Counted from the first letter of the stretch, positions 1-10,342 are shown. The stretch: DNA of 64,000 bases from Candidatus Omnitrophota bacterium (GCA_020632575.1 JACKFH010000020.1:2849-66848), one strand, 5' to 3'. Notes: generated by a model from the sequence alone, not told the origin. Program-made: numbers and translations.

Positions 1-957
1 GAGAGGAGCCTGGATATCGATTCCAGCAGTGATCGTGTTGAGCGACACCGCGACTATTTGTCCGTCCGATTCGAAAAGGGCGTTTGGATGAAAGGTGCGA
101 ACCAACCCGGTGACCGGCTCGGGGTCGACTCGCACCCGATAATTACCGGGTAGCACAGGTCCGATTTGGTAGAACCCGGTCGCGGAGGTGGTGGCTCCGG
201 CCCGGACAAACGACCCTGTGTCCGTGAAGAGATCGAGGTCTTGGCCAGCGAGAGTGACTCCGGCGCCTTGTTGGGTGACCACTCCTTGAATCAACCCGCC
301 ACGTGGGATGCTGATGTCTATTCCCGTTTGATCATTGGTCCCCGTAATCTGAATCGGAGTCGCGGAGGCACGGTCCTCACCATTCAAATAGTAGCGACCA
401 ATCAAAAAGGACTCGGGAAGAGGATCAGCGCGCAGAAGGTAACTGCCAGGTGGGAAGGCTCCGATTTCATAGCTTCCTCCGACATCGGTTTTTGCATTGG
501 CAGAGGAAATGAATTCCCCACCCGCCGTAAATACATCCAAGTCGACCCCAGCCGCCGGGATTCCTTCGCCCGCCACTGTGATTTGCCCCGAAATGAGCGC
601 GCCGGGGGACAATGAAAAATCGAGCGTAACATCCCCGACACTTGGGACAATGACGAAAGTGGCTTCGGAGCGGAGAAAGACGCCTCCACTGTATTGGTCG
701 ACATAGCCTTGCTGAGCGGAAGGATCGGCGCGGACAATGTATTGCCCAGCTGGAACATTCTGGAGGATGTATTCCCCGGTAGCGCTCGAGGATCCATTCA
801 CCGCGACCGATTGGAAATTCTGATCAAGGATGTCCAAATCGATCCCAGGTATCGGAGTGCCCGTCCCGGATTCGGTAATGGAGCCACGAATCGTTCCTGC
901 TTCTCCCGCCATACACAGACAAATCAGCCATGCCAAAACCGTACAAACAGTTCTCAT
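1..957 (-). CDS. Secreted beta-sandwich (carboxypeptidase-regulatory-like) repeat protein, paralog of 1008..2915; runs off the left edge
   Basis: Not in the ORF track; translated by hand from ATG 957: MRTVCTVLAWLICLCMAGEAGTIRGSITESGTGTPIPGIDLDILDQNF...YIVRADPSAQQGYVDQYSGGVFL. Open to position 1 and colinear with the upstream paralog. Confidence 0.9.
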   Translation of the reverse strand, partial: MRTVCTVLAWLICLCMAGEAGTIRGSITESGTGTPIPGIDLDILDQNFQSVAVNGSSSATGEYILQNVPAGQYIVRADPSAQQGYVDQYSGGVFLRSEATFVIVPSVGDVTLDFSLSPGALISGQITVAGEGIPAAGVDLDVFTAGGEFISSANAKTDVGGSYEIGAFPPGSYLLRADPLPESFLIGRYYLNGEDRASATPIQITGTNDQTGIDISIPRGGLIQGVVTQQGAGVTLAGQDLDLFTDTGSFVRAGATTSATGFYQIGPVLPGNYRVRVDPEPVTGLVRTFHPNALFESDGQIVAVSLNTITAGIDIQAPL

Positions 958-1007
958 GAGTTTCTCCCTTTCAATGAGGAACGCCTCTCATTGTCTGAAA
1001 CCATTCA

Positions 1008-2915
1008 TTAGTAGAGATTCCAGTTCCAGACCGCCAAACTCCCACCATCGAGGAGGAATTCGATTCCCACAGTCTCCTGACTGACATTCACTGTGACCGG
1101 TGTCGCGGATCCGAGCGTGGTGGCGCCATCGTAGTATTCATCCATGTAACCGGAGGCATTTAGCGGATCCGCACGGATGATGTATTGCCCTGGCGGGAGT
1201 GGCCCCAATATAAATTGTCCAGCCAAATCGCTTCTAGCATCGATTGCGACCGGGGTTCCATCGGTGAGAAAAACATCGAGATCGATATCCGGGAGCGGTT
1301 GATTGTTCTGGGCCGCGCGTATTGTTCCCGAAATCGTACCACCAGCCTCCAGGCTGAAATCCACATCAGAGGTGGTTGAATTCGCACTTACCACGATCAA
1401 ATCCGCGGAGGCAAAAGTGGATCTCAGATTGAAGTATTGATCCACATATCCCTGCGCGGGTGTGGAATCCGCTTGGACCACCCAGTTTCCTGGCGCGATC
1501 GGTCCCAACCGGTAATACCCCGTCGAGGAGGAGACCGCGTCAACTGCTGAGATGAATGTTCCTGTTTCGGAAAATAGGTCGAGATCGATCCCTGGGAGAG
1601 GAGTTCCTCCCGATTGGGCAAGAACGAACCCTTCGATATATCCACCAGCGTCGAGGGTGAAGTCGATATTCATCGTTTCCATCCCTGTTGTAACCGACAC
1701 CAAAGTTGCCTGATCGCGAAGGGGCGTGCTGTTATAAAACTCAGTCGCCAAACCGAGCGCAGGTGCGGGATCAGCCCGGACTGTGTAATCACCCGCGGGC
1801 AAACCTCCCAATCGGTAGAAACCGACCGCGTCCGACTTAGCCGTGATTGGTAGGCGGTTGCCAAGCGAGTCATAAACATCCAGATCAATACCCGCGACTG
1901 GCATGGCGGTTCCGCTGTCAGTGATGGTCCCGGTGATCGTTCCCCCCAAGGGGACAGCGATATCGATAAGAGTGGTAACCATTCCCGCCGAAACAGAGAA
2001 GGGAGTCGCATCTGCCTGGAAAAGGACACTTGGATAGTAAGTCCTGACATACCCGGTCAGCGGATCGGGATCGACTCGGACTACGTATGACCCGGGGGGA
2101 ACCGCGCCGATCTCATAATAGCCTGTTGCGGAGGTCACCGCTCCGAATCGAACGAAGGATCCCGCGCTAGTGAAGAGGTCCAGGTCGAATCCCGCAAGGG
2201 GGAGACCCGACCCCTGCTCGGTGACCACTCCGGACAAAACGCCTCCCTGCTGAACTTGAAAATCGATCCCGGTCAGATTGCCTGATCCGGTAATCTGGAT
2301 CGGAGTTCCAGTCGCGACTGAGTTCCCGTTTAAATAGAATCTCTCCACCAGAAACTGGAAGGAATCAGGGTCGGCTCGAAGGAAATAAGTGCCCACCGGA
2401 AGCGAGCCAAGGAGATAGTTCCCCGTCCCGTCGGTCCTGTCGTTGACCGAACTAATGAGTTCCCCATTGGAGGCGAACAGGTCCAAATCGACATTGGTGG
2501 CCACGCTTCCCACACCCTCAATGGTAATCTGGCCCTGAATGCTGAATCCCGGATCGAGTGAGAAATCGACAATGACATCGCCGACAGAAGGAACAACCAC
2601 CGGTGTCGCTTGAGACTTCAGAAAAACTCCTCCGCTGTATTGGTCCACATACCCATCGGCTGCGCTGGGGTCGGCGCGCACATAGTAATTACCCGCGGGG
2701 AGTCCGGAAAACGTATAGTTTCCGGCGCCGTCAGTGGAGGCGTTAAGTGCGACACTGTTGAAATTGGAATCGAAAAGATCGAGGTCGATTCCAGATAATG
2801 GCGTCGACCCGACTGATTCGGTAATGGTTCCTAAGATGTTTCCGGCATAAGCAGTTGATCCCCATAAAATGATGGTGACCAAATAGAAAATACGGAATGG
2901 GCGATAATGATTCAC
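1008..2915 (-). CDS. Secreted protein with six ~100-aa carboxypeptidase-regulatory-like/Cna-B-type repeats and C-terminal AVWNWNLY tail
   Basis: Signal peptide; six repeats of G-x-I-x-G...DLD[LV][FY]...G-x-Y-x-[VL]-x-[AV]D. GTG start overlaps the TPR gene stop (GTGA). Confidence 0.88.
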   Translation of the reverse strand: MNHYRPFRIFYLVTIILWGSTAYAGNILGTITESVGSTPLSGIDLDLFDSNFNSVALNASTDGAGNYTFSGLPAGNYYVRADPSAADGYVDQYSGGVFLKSQATPVVVPSVGDVIVDFSLDPGFSIQGQITIEGVGSVATNVDLDLFASNGELISSVNDRTDGTGNYLLGSLPVGTYFLRADPDSFQFLVERFYLNGNSVATGTPIQITGSGNLTGIDFQVQQGGVLSGVVTEQGSGLPLAGFDLDLFTSAGSFVRFGAVTSATGYYEIGAVPPGSYVVRVDPDPLTGYVRTYYPSVLFQADATPFSVSAGMVTTLIDIAVPLGGTITGTITDSGTAMPVAGIDLDVYDSLGNRLPITAKSDAVGFYRLGGLPAGDYTVRADPAPALGLATEFYNSTPLRDQATLVSVTTGMETMNIDFTLDAGGYIEGFVLAQSGGTPLPGIDLDLFSETGTFISAVDAVSSSTGYYRLGPIAPGNWVVQADSTPAQGYVDQYFNLRSTFASADLIVVSANSTTSDVDFSLEAGGTISGTIRAAQNNQPLPDIDLDVFLTDGTPVAIDARSDLAGQFILGPLPPGQYIIRADPLNASGYMDEYYDGATTLGSATPVTVNVSQETVGIEFLLDGGSLAVWNWNLY

Positions 2916-5164
2916 TGAGAGTTCCCTCCTTTGGCTTTGAGTTGAGCCAGTTCCTGCATTCCCTTCTGGGCATCTTCATGGTGTGGATCGAGGGACAATA
3001 CTTTTTTAAAATTCTTTTCCGCTTGTTCGAGATTGCCGGATCTCATGTAGGCGTAGGCGAGGTTGTCCCAGGAAGAGACATGATCCGGCTTGAGTTCGAG
3101 AGCCTTTCGGTAGGCATCGATGGCTTCCCGATAACGCTCCAGTTTTCCAAGGATGACTCCCTGGTTGTAAAGGTAGAGATAGCTGTCCGGTGAAACTTCC
3201 GAAGCGCGGCGATAGTTTGCCAAGGCCCTCTCCAAATCTTCTTTCGAGGAGTAGGCGCGCGCGAGTCCCGAATACGCTTTGGCATAATCGGGATCGCGTC
3301 GAATCGCTTCTTCATATCCTTGAATGGCTTCGTCGTAGAGATCGAGACGGTCCGCGGTCCGCCCCCAGTTGTAGGGGGCTTTTTGGTTCTCGGGATCGAG
3401 GCGCGTTCCGTTGCGGTAGGCTTCGAGGGCGGATTGGTAATCTTCCAGTTCGGTGAGGACTAGGCCGAGGTTATACCAGGCATTCCCATTATTGGGATCG
3501 AGTTCAATGGCTCTTTGGAGACTATTCTTGGCTTGATCGATTTGACTCAGACGGTACTGGACAACCCCCTGGTTGTACCAGGCTTCCGGGTAATCCCCCC
3601 TTAAGGCGATGGCCGCGCCGTAGTCCTCGAGCGCTTTTTGAGGTTGGTCGAGGTTGGAAAAAGCCAAGGCGCGGTTGTAAAAAGCCTCCGGGTAGTTGGG
3701 TTGAAGTTGAATCGCTCGGGAGTACGCCTCGATCGCCGGTTCATAGTCCTCCAATTTCGAACGGAGCAAACCAAGATTATACTCGGCTTCCGGATAGTTC
3801 GGCTCCAAAGCAAGCGCTTGAGAGTAAGATTTTAGCGCCGATTGGCTTTGATCGAGTTTGACCTGGACCAGTCCCAGATTGTACCAGACTTGAGGTTGAT
3901 TAGGATCCAAGTCCAATGAGGTTTGATAGGCGTTAAGGGCCTCTTCCAGCTTGCCCTCCCGGGCCAAAACCACACCCAAGTTGAAAGCTGCTTTCGGGTT
4001 GGAGGGATCGGATCTCAGAGCAGCTTCGTATGCCTCAATGGATTCGTCTCCTTTCTCCATTCGGGATAGAAGGCGTCCTAAGTTGTATTGGGCCTTGGAC
4101 AAGGTGGGGTCATAGGCAACGGTAAGCTTATACCGGTCAATGGCTTCCTCATAGCGCTTCTCTTTATTGTAAAGCAGGGCCAGGTTAAAGCTGGCTTCCG
4201 CGTACCTTGGTTTTTTGGAAATCGCTTCGAGGTAAGCCTTTTCGGCTTCTTCGTTTCGCCCGAGTTCAGACAGGACCGTGCCGAGATTGTTCAACGCCTC
4301 GGGGTAATCCGGTTTCAGCGTCAATGCTTCCTGATAGGCATCTGCCGCCTCTTCCAGGTTCCCCGACTCGGAAAGAGCGAGGGCGTAGTTATACCAGGTC
4401 TCCGGTTTTTTGGGCGCTTGGGTTTGCGCCTGTTCGAAGGCTTTCGCCGCGCGATCGCTTTCCCCGATTCTTTGGAGAACCACTCCCAGATTGTAAGCGG
4501 CCTTCCAGTTCTCCGGCTCAAGCCGCAGAACTCGCTCATATTCCTCGATCGCCTTTTCGTTTTGCCCCGAGTTCGCGTAGGAGAGGGCGAGATTGTAACG
4601 AGCCGGTGTGTAGTCCGGCTTCAATAGGATCGCTTCCTCAAAGGACCTGATGGCCTCGGGGTAATCGCCCTCTCGCGTATAAAGAACCCCCAAATTGTGA
4701 TGCGCCTTATAGTATTTCTCGCTCGAATCGAGATCGATCACCTTCCGATAGGATTCCATCGCCTCTTCCCGATTGCCATTCCGTTCTTCCAGAATTCCGA
4801 GGTTGTACCAAGCCTCGGTGTAGGTGGGACGAATGCGGACCGCTTGCTTGTAGGCCTCGATGGCCTCATCCAGCGAATCGACCGCCACGAGGATGATGCC
4901 GAGGTTGTAATATCCGCGGGCGTATTCGGGATCGACCTCGACCGCTTTTCGCATCCATCGCACCGCTTCATCGGGTTTTCCCAAACGGTAGTAAAGGACG
5001 CCCAAATCATTGCAAGCCACGGAATCGTTTGGGTTGTCCGCAAGGGAGCGTTCGATCTCTTGGACTTTTTGTTCCAAATCTCGGGTTGTCTGAGAAAAAC
5101 CAGACAAAGAAGCAATGGTCAGATAAAAGATAGCGATGATTGAGATGAAAATCTTTTGGCTCAC
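2912..5164 (-). CDS. Exported tetratricopeptide-repeat protein (about 20 TPRs)
   Basis: Continuous 34-aa repeats (YNLG..L...G...EA...Y..A...P). Likely GTG start 5164 overlaps the upstream TGA and precedes a hydrophobic signal (KIFISIIAIFYLTIASLSG); the ORF-track extension to 5371 overlaps the ATP-grasp gene. Confidence 0.92.
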   Translation of the reverse strand: MSQKIFISIIAIFYLTIASLSGFSQTTRDLEQKVQEIERSLADNPNDSVACNDLGVLYYRLGKPDEAVRWMRKAVEVDPEYARGYYNLGIILVAVDSLDEAIEAYKQAVRIRPTYTEAWYNLGILEERNGNREEAMESYRKVIDLDSSEKYYKAHHNLGVLYTREGDYPEAIRSFEEAILLKPDYTPARYNLALSYANSGQNEKAIEEYERVLRLEPENWKAAYNLGVVLQRIGESDRAAKAFEQAQTQAPKKPETWYNYALALSESGNLEEAADAYQEALTLKPDYPEALNNLGTVLSELGRNEEAEKAYLEAISKKPRYAEASFNLALLYNKEKRYEEAIDRYKLTVAYDPTLSKAQYNLGRLLSRMEKGDESIEAYEAALRSDPSNPKAAFNLGVVLAREGKLEEALNAYQTSLDLDPNQPQVWYNLGLVQVKLDQSQSALKSYSQALALEPNYPEAEYNLGLLRSKLEDYEPAIEAYSRAIQLQPNYPEAFYNRALAFSNLDQPQKALEDYGAAIALRGDYPEAWYNQGVVQYRLSQIDQAKNSLQRAIELDPNNGNAWYNLGLVLTELEDYQSALEAYRNGTRLDPENQKAPYNWGRTADRLDLYDEAIQGYEEAIRRDPDYAKAYSGLARAYSSKEDLERALANYRRASEVSPDSYLYLYNQGVILGKLERYREAIDAYRKALELKPDHVSSWDNLAYAYMRSGNLEQAEKNFKKVLSLDPHHEDAQKGMQELAQLKAKGGNSQ

Positions 5165-6048
5165 GCTGAAACTCCATTCAGAGGGTGTTTTTCCACTTCC
5201 AGAAGAGGGCGAAGCGGGCAGGAATTTGCGAGTTGAATGGCCAGACCGGGACGTGCGTTGATTTCGAGCACGAGTGGACCTTTCTCTCGATCCACCATGA
5301 TATCGACTCCCGCGTAGCCGAGTGGGACAGCTGCGCAAGTAGCCTTCGCTATCTTCAGCACTTCTTCCCAATGAGGAATCCGGAGATCCTTTATCGGGAG
5401 GCCTGTATCGGGATGTCGGTCGATGAATCGGTTCTTCCAGGTGGCGGTAAGACCTTGCCCCGATTGCATATCGAGCCCCACTCCGATGGCTCCCTGGTGA
5501 AGGTTGGCCTTGCCACAGGATCGCCGAGTGGGAACTCGAGCCATCGCAAGGAGTGGATTTCCCCCCACACAGAGAACTCGGATATCGGGCGCTCCATCCT
5601 CATTGAGGGCGAGAATATCCGGATGCGACCGGACACGATCTTCGATGACCACTTTGTCCATCCCGGAACGAAGGGAATACTCGCCTGAAAGGACCGTCCG
5701 TAAATGGCGATCCACTTCGCACGAGGTCATCGTTCCTTTCCTTCCTCCCACAAATCCCCCATTGCCATCCGAGGTCAGAAACAAAATGCCGCGACCACCC
5801 GATCCCCAGTTGGGTTTCACCACCACCCCATTCTCCCAGTTTGAAATGCGTGCGAGTGTCGATTTGATTTCGAATAGCGTGACAACTCTCCCCAAAAGTA
5901 TCGGCATGGGGATGCCCACTTGTTCGAGCCTAGCTCGCGCCATCAATTTATCGTTGGCGATCCGAATGGTGTGACGGTCGTTGGATGGATAGACGAATCG
6001 ACGGTTGCGTGCATTCAGACCGAGAATCTCTTTCCAGGGGTGGCTCAT
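5161..6048 (-). CDS. Alpha-L-glutamate-ligase-like ATP-grasp protein (sugar-transfer-associated ATP-grasp family)
   Basis: LGLNARN N-terminus, VVKPNWGSGGRGI, DIRV, GKANLHQGAIGVG, GYAGVDIMVD...LVLEINARPGLAIQLAN motifs. Confidence 0.9.
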   Translation of the reverse strand: MSHPWKEILGLNARNRRFVYPSNDRHTIRIANDKLMARARLEQVGIPMPILLGRVVTLFEIKSTLARISNWENGVVVKPNWGSGGRGILFLTSDGNGGFVGGRKGTMTSCEVDRHLRTVLSGEYSLRSGMDKVVIEDRVRSHPDILALNEDGAPDIRVLCVGGNPLLAMARVPTRRSCGKANLHQGAIGVGLDMQSGQGLTATWKNRFIDRHPDTGLPIKDLRIPHWEEVLKIAKATCAAVPLGYAGVDIMVDREKGPLVLEINARPGLAIQLANSCPLRPLLEVEKHPLNGVSA

Positions 6049-6053
6049 TAGCG

Positions 6054-7676
6054 TTATGTCTCCTGCCCACTCATCTCATTTGGACCACGCAAATAGAGGG
6101 ATCGAAACCGGATAAACTCGGTCAGACGCAGCCCGGTCCAGGAGCCGAGGAGGAGGTTGACGCCGATCACCGACAGGAGCAGCTCTGGATAAGCAATGAT
6201 CAGGTTCTCGAGAAATGTCCATCGCATAACGAGATAGGCCGCGGTGGCCACAAGCAACGAAACGGCAAAGCGCTGTAAGGTTGGGCTCCAACCCTCTTCG
6301 ATGATGGATATGACAAACCTTTCAGTGGTGAGAGTGAGAACCGCCAGAGGAAAGAGGCTGATGGCGGCGGCCCTTTTGTACCCGAAGTTGATCGCCACCA
6401 ACGCGATACCCACGATGATCATCACCTCCAGGGTGAGGATGATGGCCATTCGGGGCACATGGAGGATTCCCGCTTTCTCGAGCAGAGGCCAAAAAAGACC
6501 GCAACTTAGAATCGTGATGGTGAAGAGAATGACGCCCCACGCCAATCCTGTGTCTCGGAAAGCCACAGCGATCAGGGCGGGCATGAAAGTGCCGAAAGGA
6601 ACCAGCCCGATAACATTTCTTGCAAAGGCGACAACAGTCGCCCCGATCGGAATGGTGAGAATGATGACCAAAAGATTTAGAGAGATCGATGCCTGCTCGA
6701 GAGTCGCCCAGAGCCGGAGGATGTTGAAATAATTGGTGGCGTTGGTGTAGAGAACCTCCTCTTCGCTGCTCCTTCTTTCCGAAACCTTCCAACGATAATC
6801 GAAATCGATGTTCTTCGTTCGGATAATGAAGGCTCGGTCTCCCTTATAGAGTTCCAGATAATGCGCGGGGATCTCGGCAAAGTAACCATTCGTGGGACAG
6901 AAGGGGACCCATTGGCCGTTGATATAAATCTCTGTCCAGGAATGCGTGGTCTTCTTGGTGATTGCCTCTTCCCGCTTTTTTTTGCTGAGAACCAACCCCC
7001 CCGCGACACGGGCGGGGATTCCTTGGGATCGGCACAACGCAACCAACAGCCGGTTCTTTCCATTGCAGGAGGCTTCTCTCAGCTTGAGTGCGGTGACCGC
7101 GCTTGTCTTGCCTTTGTAAGGTTTGTAAGCCACACCGGAGGAGACAAAATCATAGAAGACAGTGACCGCATGTTTGATGCGGCGATCGCCTTTCATGAGT
7201 TCCTCGGACTTGGCGAGGATCGCCGGATCGTCGGACTCGATATATTCCTCGGTCTCCAACCACCGTTTGAGATTGGATGGGCTGGTCGCTGGGATAATGG
7301 TCGCTTCAGGAAGGTTGAATTTCATTGAGGAGGTCTGCGCCCGAAACGAGTAAGTGATCGATTGTTCGCCTTTCAGGTTCTCCCCTCGAAAATTAGCGAT
7401 CCGGTTTCCATCTTCCCATTCGATGTCGTGGACAAAGCCTTCTTCGCGGTAGATCTCTTTCCGGATGGTTTGACGTTCATCCTCGAGGGGCAGAGTAACG
7501 TGGACATTGATGGGGGAGTCCGGGCTCTTGCTGGTCATGGTCATGACCAAACGGACATAATGGCCTGGCTCCTCGTCGATCATGGCCATGTGGTAATCGA
7601 GCGCGTAGACTTTGTAGACCACAATGGCCGCAGTGATGGCGAAGAGGACCAATGCGGCGAGAAATGGACCTTTCAT
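6054..7676 (-). CDS. Membrane transglutaminase-like protein (N-terminal TM, transglutaminase core, C-terminal 7TM domain)
   Basis: ASCNGKNRLLVALCRSQGIPAR and HSWTEIY core motifs; C-terminal multi-TM region with GLVPFGTFMPALIA; adjacent to the ATP-grasp gene as in known loci. Confidence 0.88.
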   Translation of the reverse strand: MKGPFLAALVLFAITAAIVVYKVYALDYHMAMIDEEPGHYVRLVMTMTSKSPDSPINVHVTLPLEDERQTIRKEIYREEGFVHDIEWEDGNRIANFRGENLKGEQSITYSFRAQTSSMKFNLPEATIIPATSPSNLKRWLETEEYIESDDPAILAKSEELMKGDRRIKHAVTVFYDFVSSGVAYKPYKGKTSAVTALKLREASCNGKNRLLVALCRSQGIPARVAGGLVLSKKKREEAITKKTTHSWTEIYINGQWVPFCPTNGYFAEIPAHYLELYKGDRAFIIRTKNIDFDYRWKVSERRSSEEEVLYTNATNYFNILRLWATLEQASISLNLLVIILTIPIGATVVAFARNVIGLVPFGTFMPALIAVAFRDTGLAWGVILFTITILSCGLFWPLLEKAGILHVPRMAIILTLEVMIIVGIALVAINFGYKRAAAISLFPLAVLTLTTERFVISIIEEGWSPTLQRFAVSLLVATAAYLVMRWTFLENLIIAYPELLLSVIGVNLLLGSWTGLRLTEFIRFRSLYLRGPNEMSGQET

Positions 7677-8047
7677 TTAACTGACTCCGGTGTTCAAGGT
7701 GAATCCTGATTCTCCGGATGGGATTCTCTTGAGCGGGAAAACTAGCAAAACAATACTTTCATCGCATCCGGAGAAACGATGGAATCAGAGGATTTCCTCA
7801 ACAAATTAAACAGAAGAGCCTGGTGAATAAACACACCTAGTCCAGTGGTTGAGAGTAAATCAGGCATCTCCAGGAGAGTAGGTGGCAATTGGCGAAGTTT
7901 TTTTTACAAGTTTTTATCCTAACCCTCCCGAAAACTCCTCCGAATTGCAAAAAGAGGATCTCGATTGTCGCTCTCAATTGACCGAATCAGGTTTCACTCC
8001 CCAGCATTTTCCGATCAAGAATGCCTCCTTCCACGTGGGGGAACCTA

Positions 8048-8431
8048 TCACGCCGCCTCTCGGTTCCCGTTGACGTAAGCCTGGCAAAGTTCTTCGAGAC
8101 TCTTCTTCTGGACTTTCTTCAGTTGCTTCCGGTCTCCTTGGATCTGTTTGTCCTTGTTGAGCGAGGTTTGGAGCCATTCGATGGCTTGAGTCACGATTTC
8201 CGGGACACCTTCATCCGGGAGGTAATAGTAGATCCAGCGACCCTTCTTTTTGGAATCGATCAATTCAGCCTGTTTGAGGATTGACAGGTGTTTCGATACA
8301 GTCGAGGGGGCCAAGCCCAAAAGTTCGATAATCTGGCAGACGCACAATTCATCCTCGGAAAGGAACATCATGATCCGAACTCGATTCTCGTCGGAAAGGG
8401 CTTTGGTGACCGCCATTAGATTGCGCAACAT
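8048..8431 (-). CDS. arsR: ArsR/SmtB family repressor with CVC motif
   Basis: KALSDENRVRI...ELCVCQIIELLGLAPSTVSKHLSILKQAELIDSKKKGRWIYY. Confidence 0.92.
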   Translation of the reverse strand: MLRNLMAVTKALSDENRVRIMMFLSEDELCVCQIIELLGLAPSTVSKHLSILKQAELIDSKKKGRWIYYYLPDEGVPEIVTQAIEWLQTSLNKDKQIQGDRKQLKKVQKKSLEELCQAYVNGNREAA

Positions 8432-9111
8432 GCTGAAACCGTTTCCTCCTCAAACAGGATTCGTCCCTCGACCAACTTCAGTGTCCTCGAAGTCCTCTCG
8501 GCGACCTGTGGGTCGTGGGTTACCAGTATAACCGTTTTTCCCTCGGCGTTGAGTTCCCCGAGGAACTCGACGATTTCGTCCCTGGTTTGAGGATCGAGAT
8601 TGCCGGTCGGCTCATCCGCCAAAACAATCTTCGGATCGTTCGCCAGCATCCTCGCGAGCGCGACACGCTGTTGTTGGCCGACGCTCAATTCCGAGGGTTT
8701 GTGGTCCATTCGATCCCCGAGGCCCACTCGCGTCAAGAGTTTCTCGGCCATGTCGAGTTGAGCCTTTTCATCCTTTCCATCTAAAAGGAGAGGGACCTGG
8801 ACATTCTCCAGTGCCGTCAAATAGGGGATCAAATTGAAAGTCTGAAACACGAAACCGATGTTCTTCCTTCGAAAGGCGGCCCGGTCTTCCACACTCAGAT
8901 CATAGAGCGACGTGTCTTCCACAAAAACCTTTCCAGCGGTAGGTGACAACATTCCGCCCATCAGCAGAAGCAACGTGCTCTTCCCACTTCCACTCGGGCC
9001 GACCATCGAAACAAATTCTCCCTCGCCGCACACGAAACTCGCATCGTTAATGGCGGAAACGTTGCTCCTTCGATGAGTGTATTTTTTCGAGACACCTTCC
9101 AATCGAAGCAT
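8416..9111 (-). CDS. ABC transporter ATP-binding protein (LolD/MacB-like)
   Basis: Walker A GPSGSGKST, signature LSVGQQQRV, Walker B VLADEPTGNLD, H-loop VTHD; C-terminal SACCAI. Confidence 0.95.
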   Translation of the reverse strand: MLRLEGVSKKYTHRRSNVSAINDASFVCGEGEFVSMVGPSGSGKSTLLLLMGGMLSPTAGKVFVEDTSLYDLSVEDRAAFRRKNIGFVFQTFNLIPYLTALENVQVPLLLDGKDEKAQLDMAEKLLTRVGLGDRMDHKPSELSVGQQQRVALARMLANDPKIVLADEPTGNLDPQTRDEIVEFLGELNAEGKTVILVTHDPQVAERTSRTLKLVEGRILFEEETVSACCAI

Positions 9112-9114
9112 CGA

Positions 9115-10329
9115 TTAAACCTCCTGAAGCGACTGGGACGGATCGATTCGAGCGGCGCGTCTCGCTGGAAAGTACGAGGCAGCCAACGCGATCAAGACAG
9201 AGATAACCACAGCCCATAGGGCAAGCATTGGCATGGGCAGAACTGGGACTCCCGCCAGACGAGGCCCCATCGTCACCGCCAGGAATGTCCCCACCAGATA
9301 ACCGCCGATACCACCGGCCAGGCCAAGCATGAGGGCTTTTAGCAGAAAGATCTTGAGGACGATTCGCGAACCCGCGCCGAGGGCCATCAAGGTTCCGATC
9401 TCCCTTCGGCGCTCATAGACATTTGCGTACATGTAGTTGGCAATACTCGCCCCGCCCACCAAAACAATGATGGCAAGGAAGATCAGGGAGAGGTTGCCCA
9501 TCATCTGGTTGGTCTTGATTTGGGTATCGATGATCTGCGTGATCGTGACCACCTTTGCATCGGGAAGGAGCTTGTTGAGCTTTTCGATCAAGCCCCCGGC
9601 GATCTCGTGACAGCAACCGATAACTTCTATCGCGTTCACGACAGCTCCTTTCCCCGCCATTTCCTGGACCGTGTGGAGGTGCGCGAATATCCGGGAATCG
9701 TCGATGGTTCCGGTTTGAGGAAGGGTAGCTGTGATTCGGAAGGTTCGCCCGAGAATTTCAAGAGAACCTCCCTCTTCGAGTCCCACCATTACGGCGACAT
9801 CCGAACCAACCAGGACCTCATCCGGAGCAAGATCCTCGATGACACGGGTTCGGACGAGCGTTTCGGTGACCGGAGCCTTCTCCAATCCCGGAACCGCCGC
9901 GCCGCATCCGATGGGGCGATTGAAGATTCCGGCTCCCGCCCATGCCGCTTTAGCGGCGAATTCGCTTTTCGGAAGGATTCCCGTCAGGATGAATTCTTTC
10001 TCGTTGAGCGAAATGGGTAAGGAGAGTTTCGGCGAAAGATTGTCCACGCCCTCGACATCGGACATCGCGATTTGAGCCACATACTGTTCGGGGAGTTCTT
10101 CGTTCTGCATGTCGGCGGTGTAGTAATCCTGAAGGGACACCGACTTGGGGAGAATGAGAACGTTGGCCCCCAAAGCATCCAGCTCCCGCGCCACCGCCAG
10201 TTCGGAGAAATAAGATATGTTCTTAATGGCGACGATGACGGTGATTCCCAGGAGAATCGCTAGAAAGCTCGTGACAAGCTGGTTCTTCCTCTCAAAGATT
10301 TCTTTCCAGACAAGGGTGCGGATCTTCAT
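9115..10329 (-). CDS. ABC transporter permease, MacB/FtsX type
   Basis: N-terminal TM, large periplasmic domain, ERRREIGTLMALGA motif, three C-terminal TMs, ending PARRAARIDP. Confidence 0.93.
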   Translation of the reverse strand: MKIRTLVWKEIFERKNQLVTSFLAILLGITVIVAIKNISYFSELAVARELDALGANVLILPKSVSLQDYYTADMQNEELPEQYVAQIAMSDVEGVDNLSPKLSLPISLNEKEFILTGILPKSEFAAKAAWAGAGIFNRPIGCGAAVPGLEKAPVTETLVRTRVIEDLAPDEVLVGSDVAVMVGLEEGGSLEILGRTFRITATLPQTGTIDDSRIFAHLHTVQEMAGKGAVVNAIEVIGCCHEIAGGLIEKLNKLLPDAKVVTITQIIDTQIKTNQMMGNLSLIFLAIIVLVGGASIANYMYANVYERRREIGTLMALGAGSRIVLKIFLLKALMLGLAGGIGGYLVGTFLAVTMGPRLAGVPVLPMPMLALWAVVISVLIALAASYFPARRAARIDPSQSLQEV

Positions 10330-10342
10330 TGGGCAGGCTCCT

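Noticed and set aside
1008-1060. Known sortase (LPxTG) or PEP-CTERM signal on the tail-bearing proteins
   Set aside because: There is no TM helix or basic cluster after the motif.
5164-5371. Long N-terminal extensions predicted for the TPR, 10343, 12344, sulfatase, FAD oxidoreductase and pseudopilin genes
   Set aside because: Downstream starts have an RBS or coupling overlap and immediately precede signal peptides; several extensions overlap neighbouring genes.
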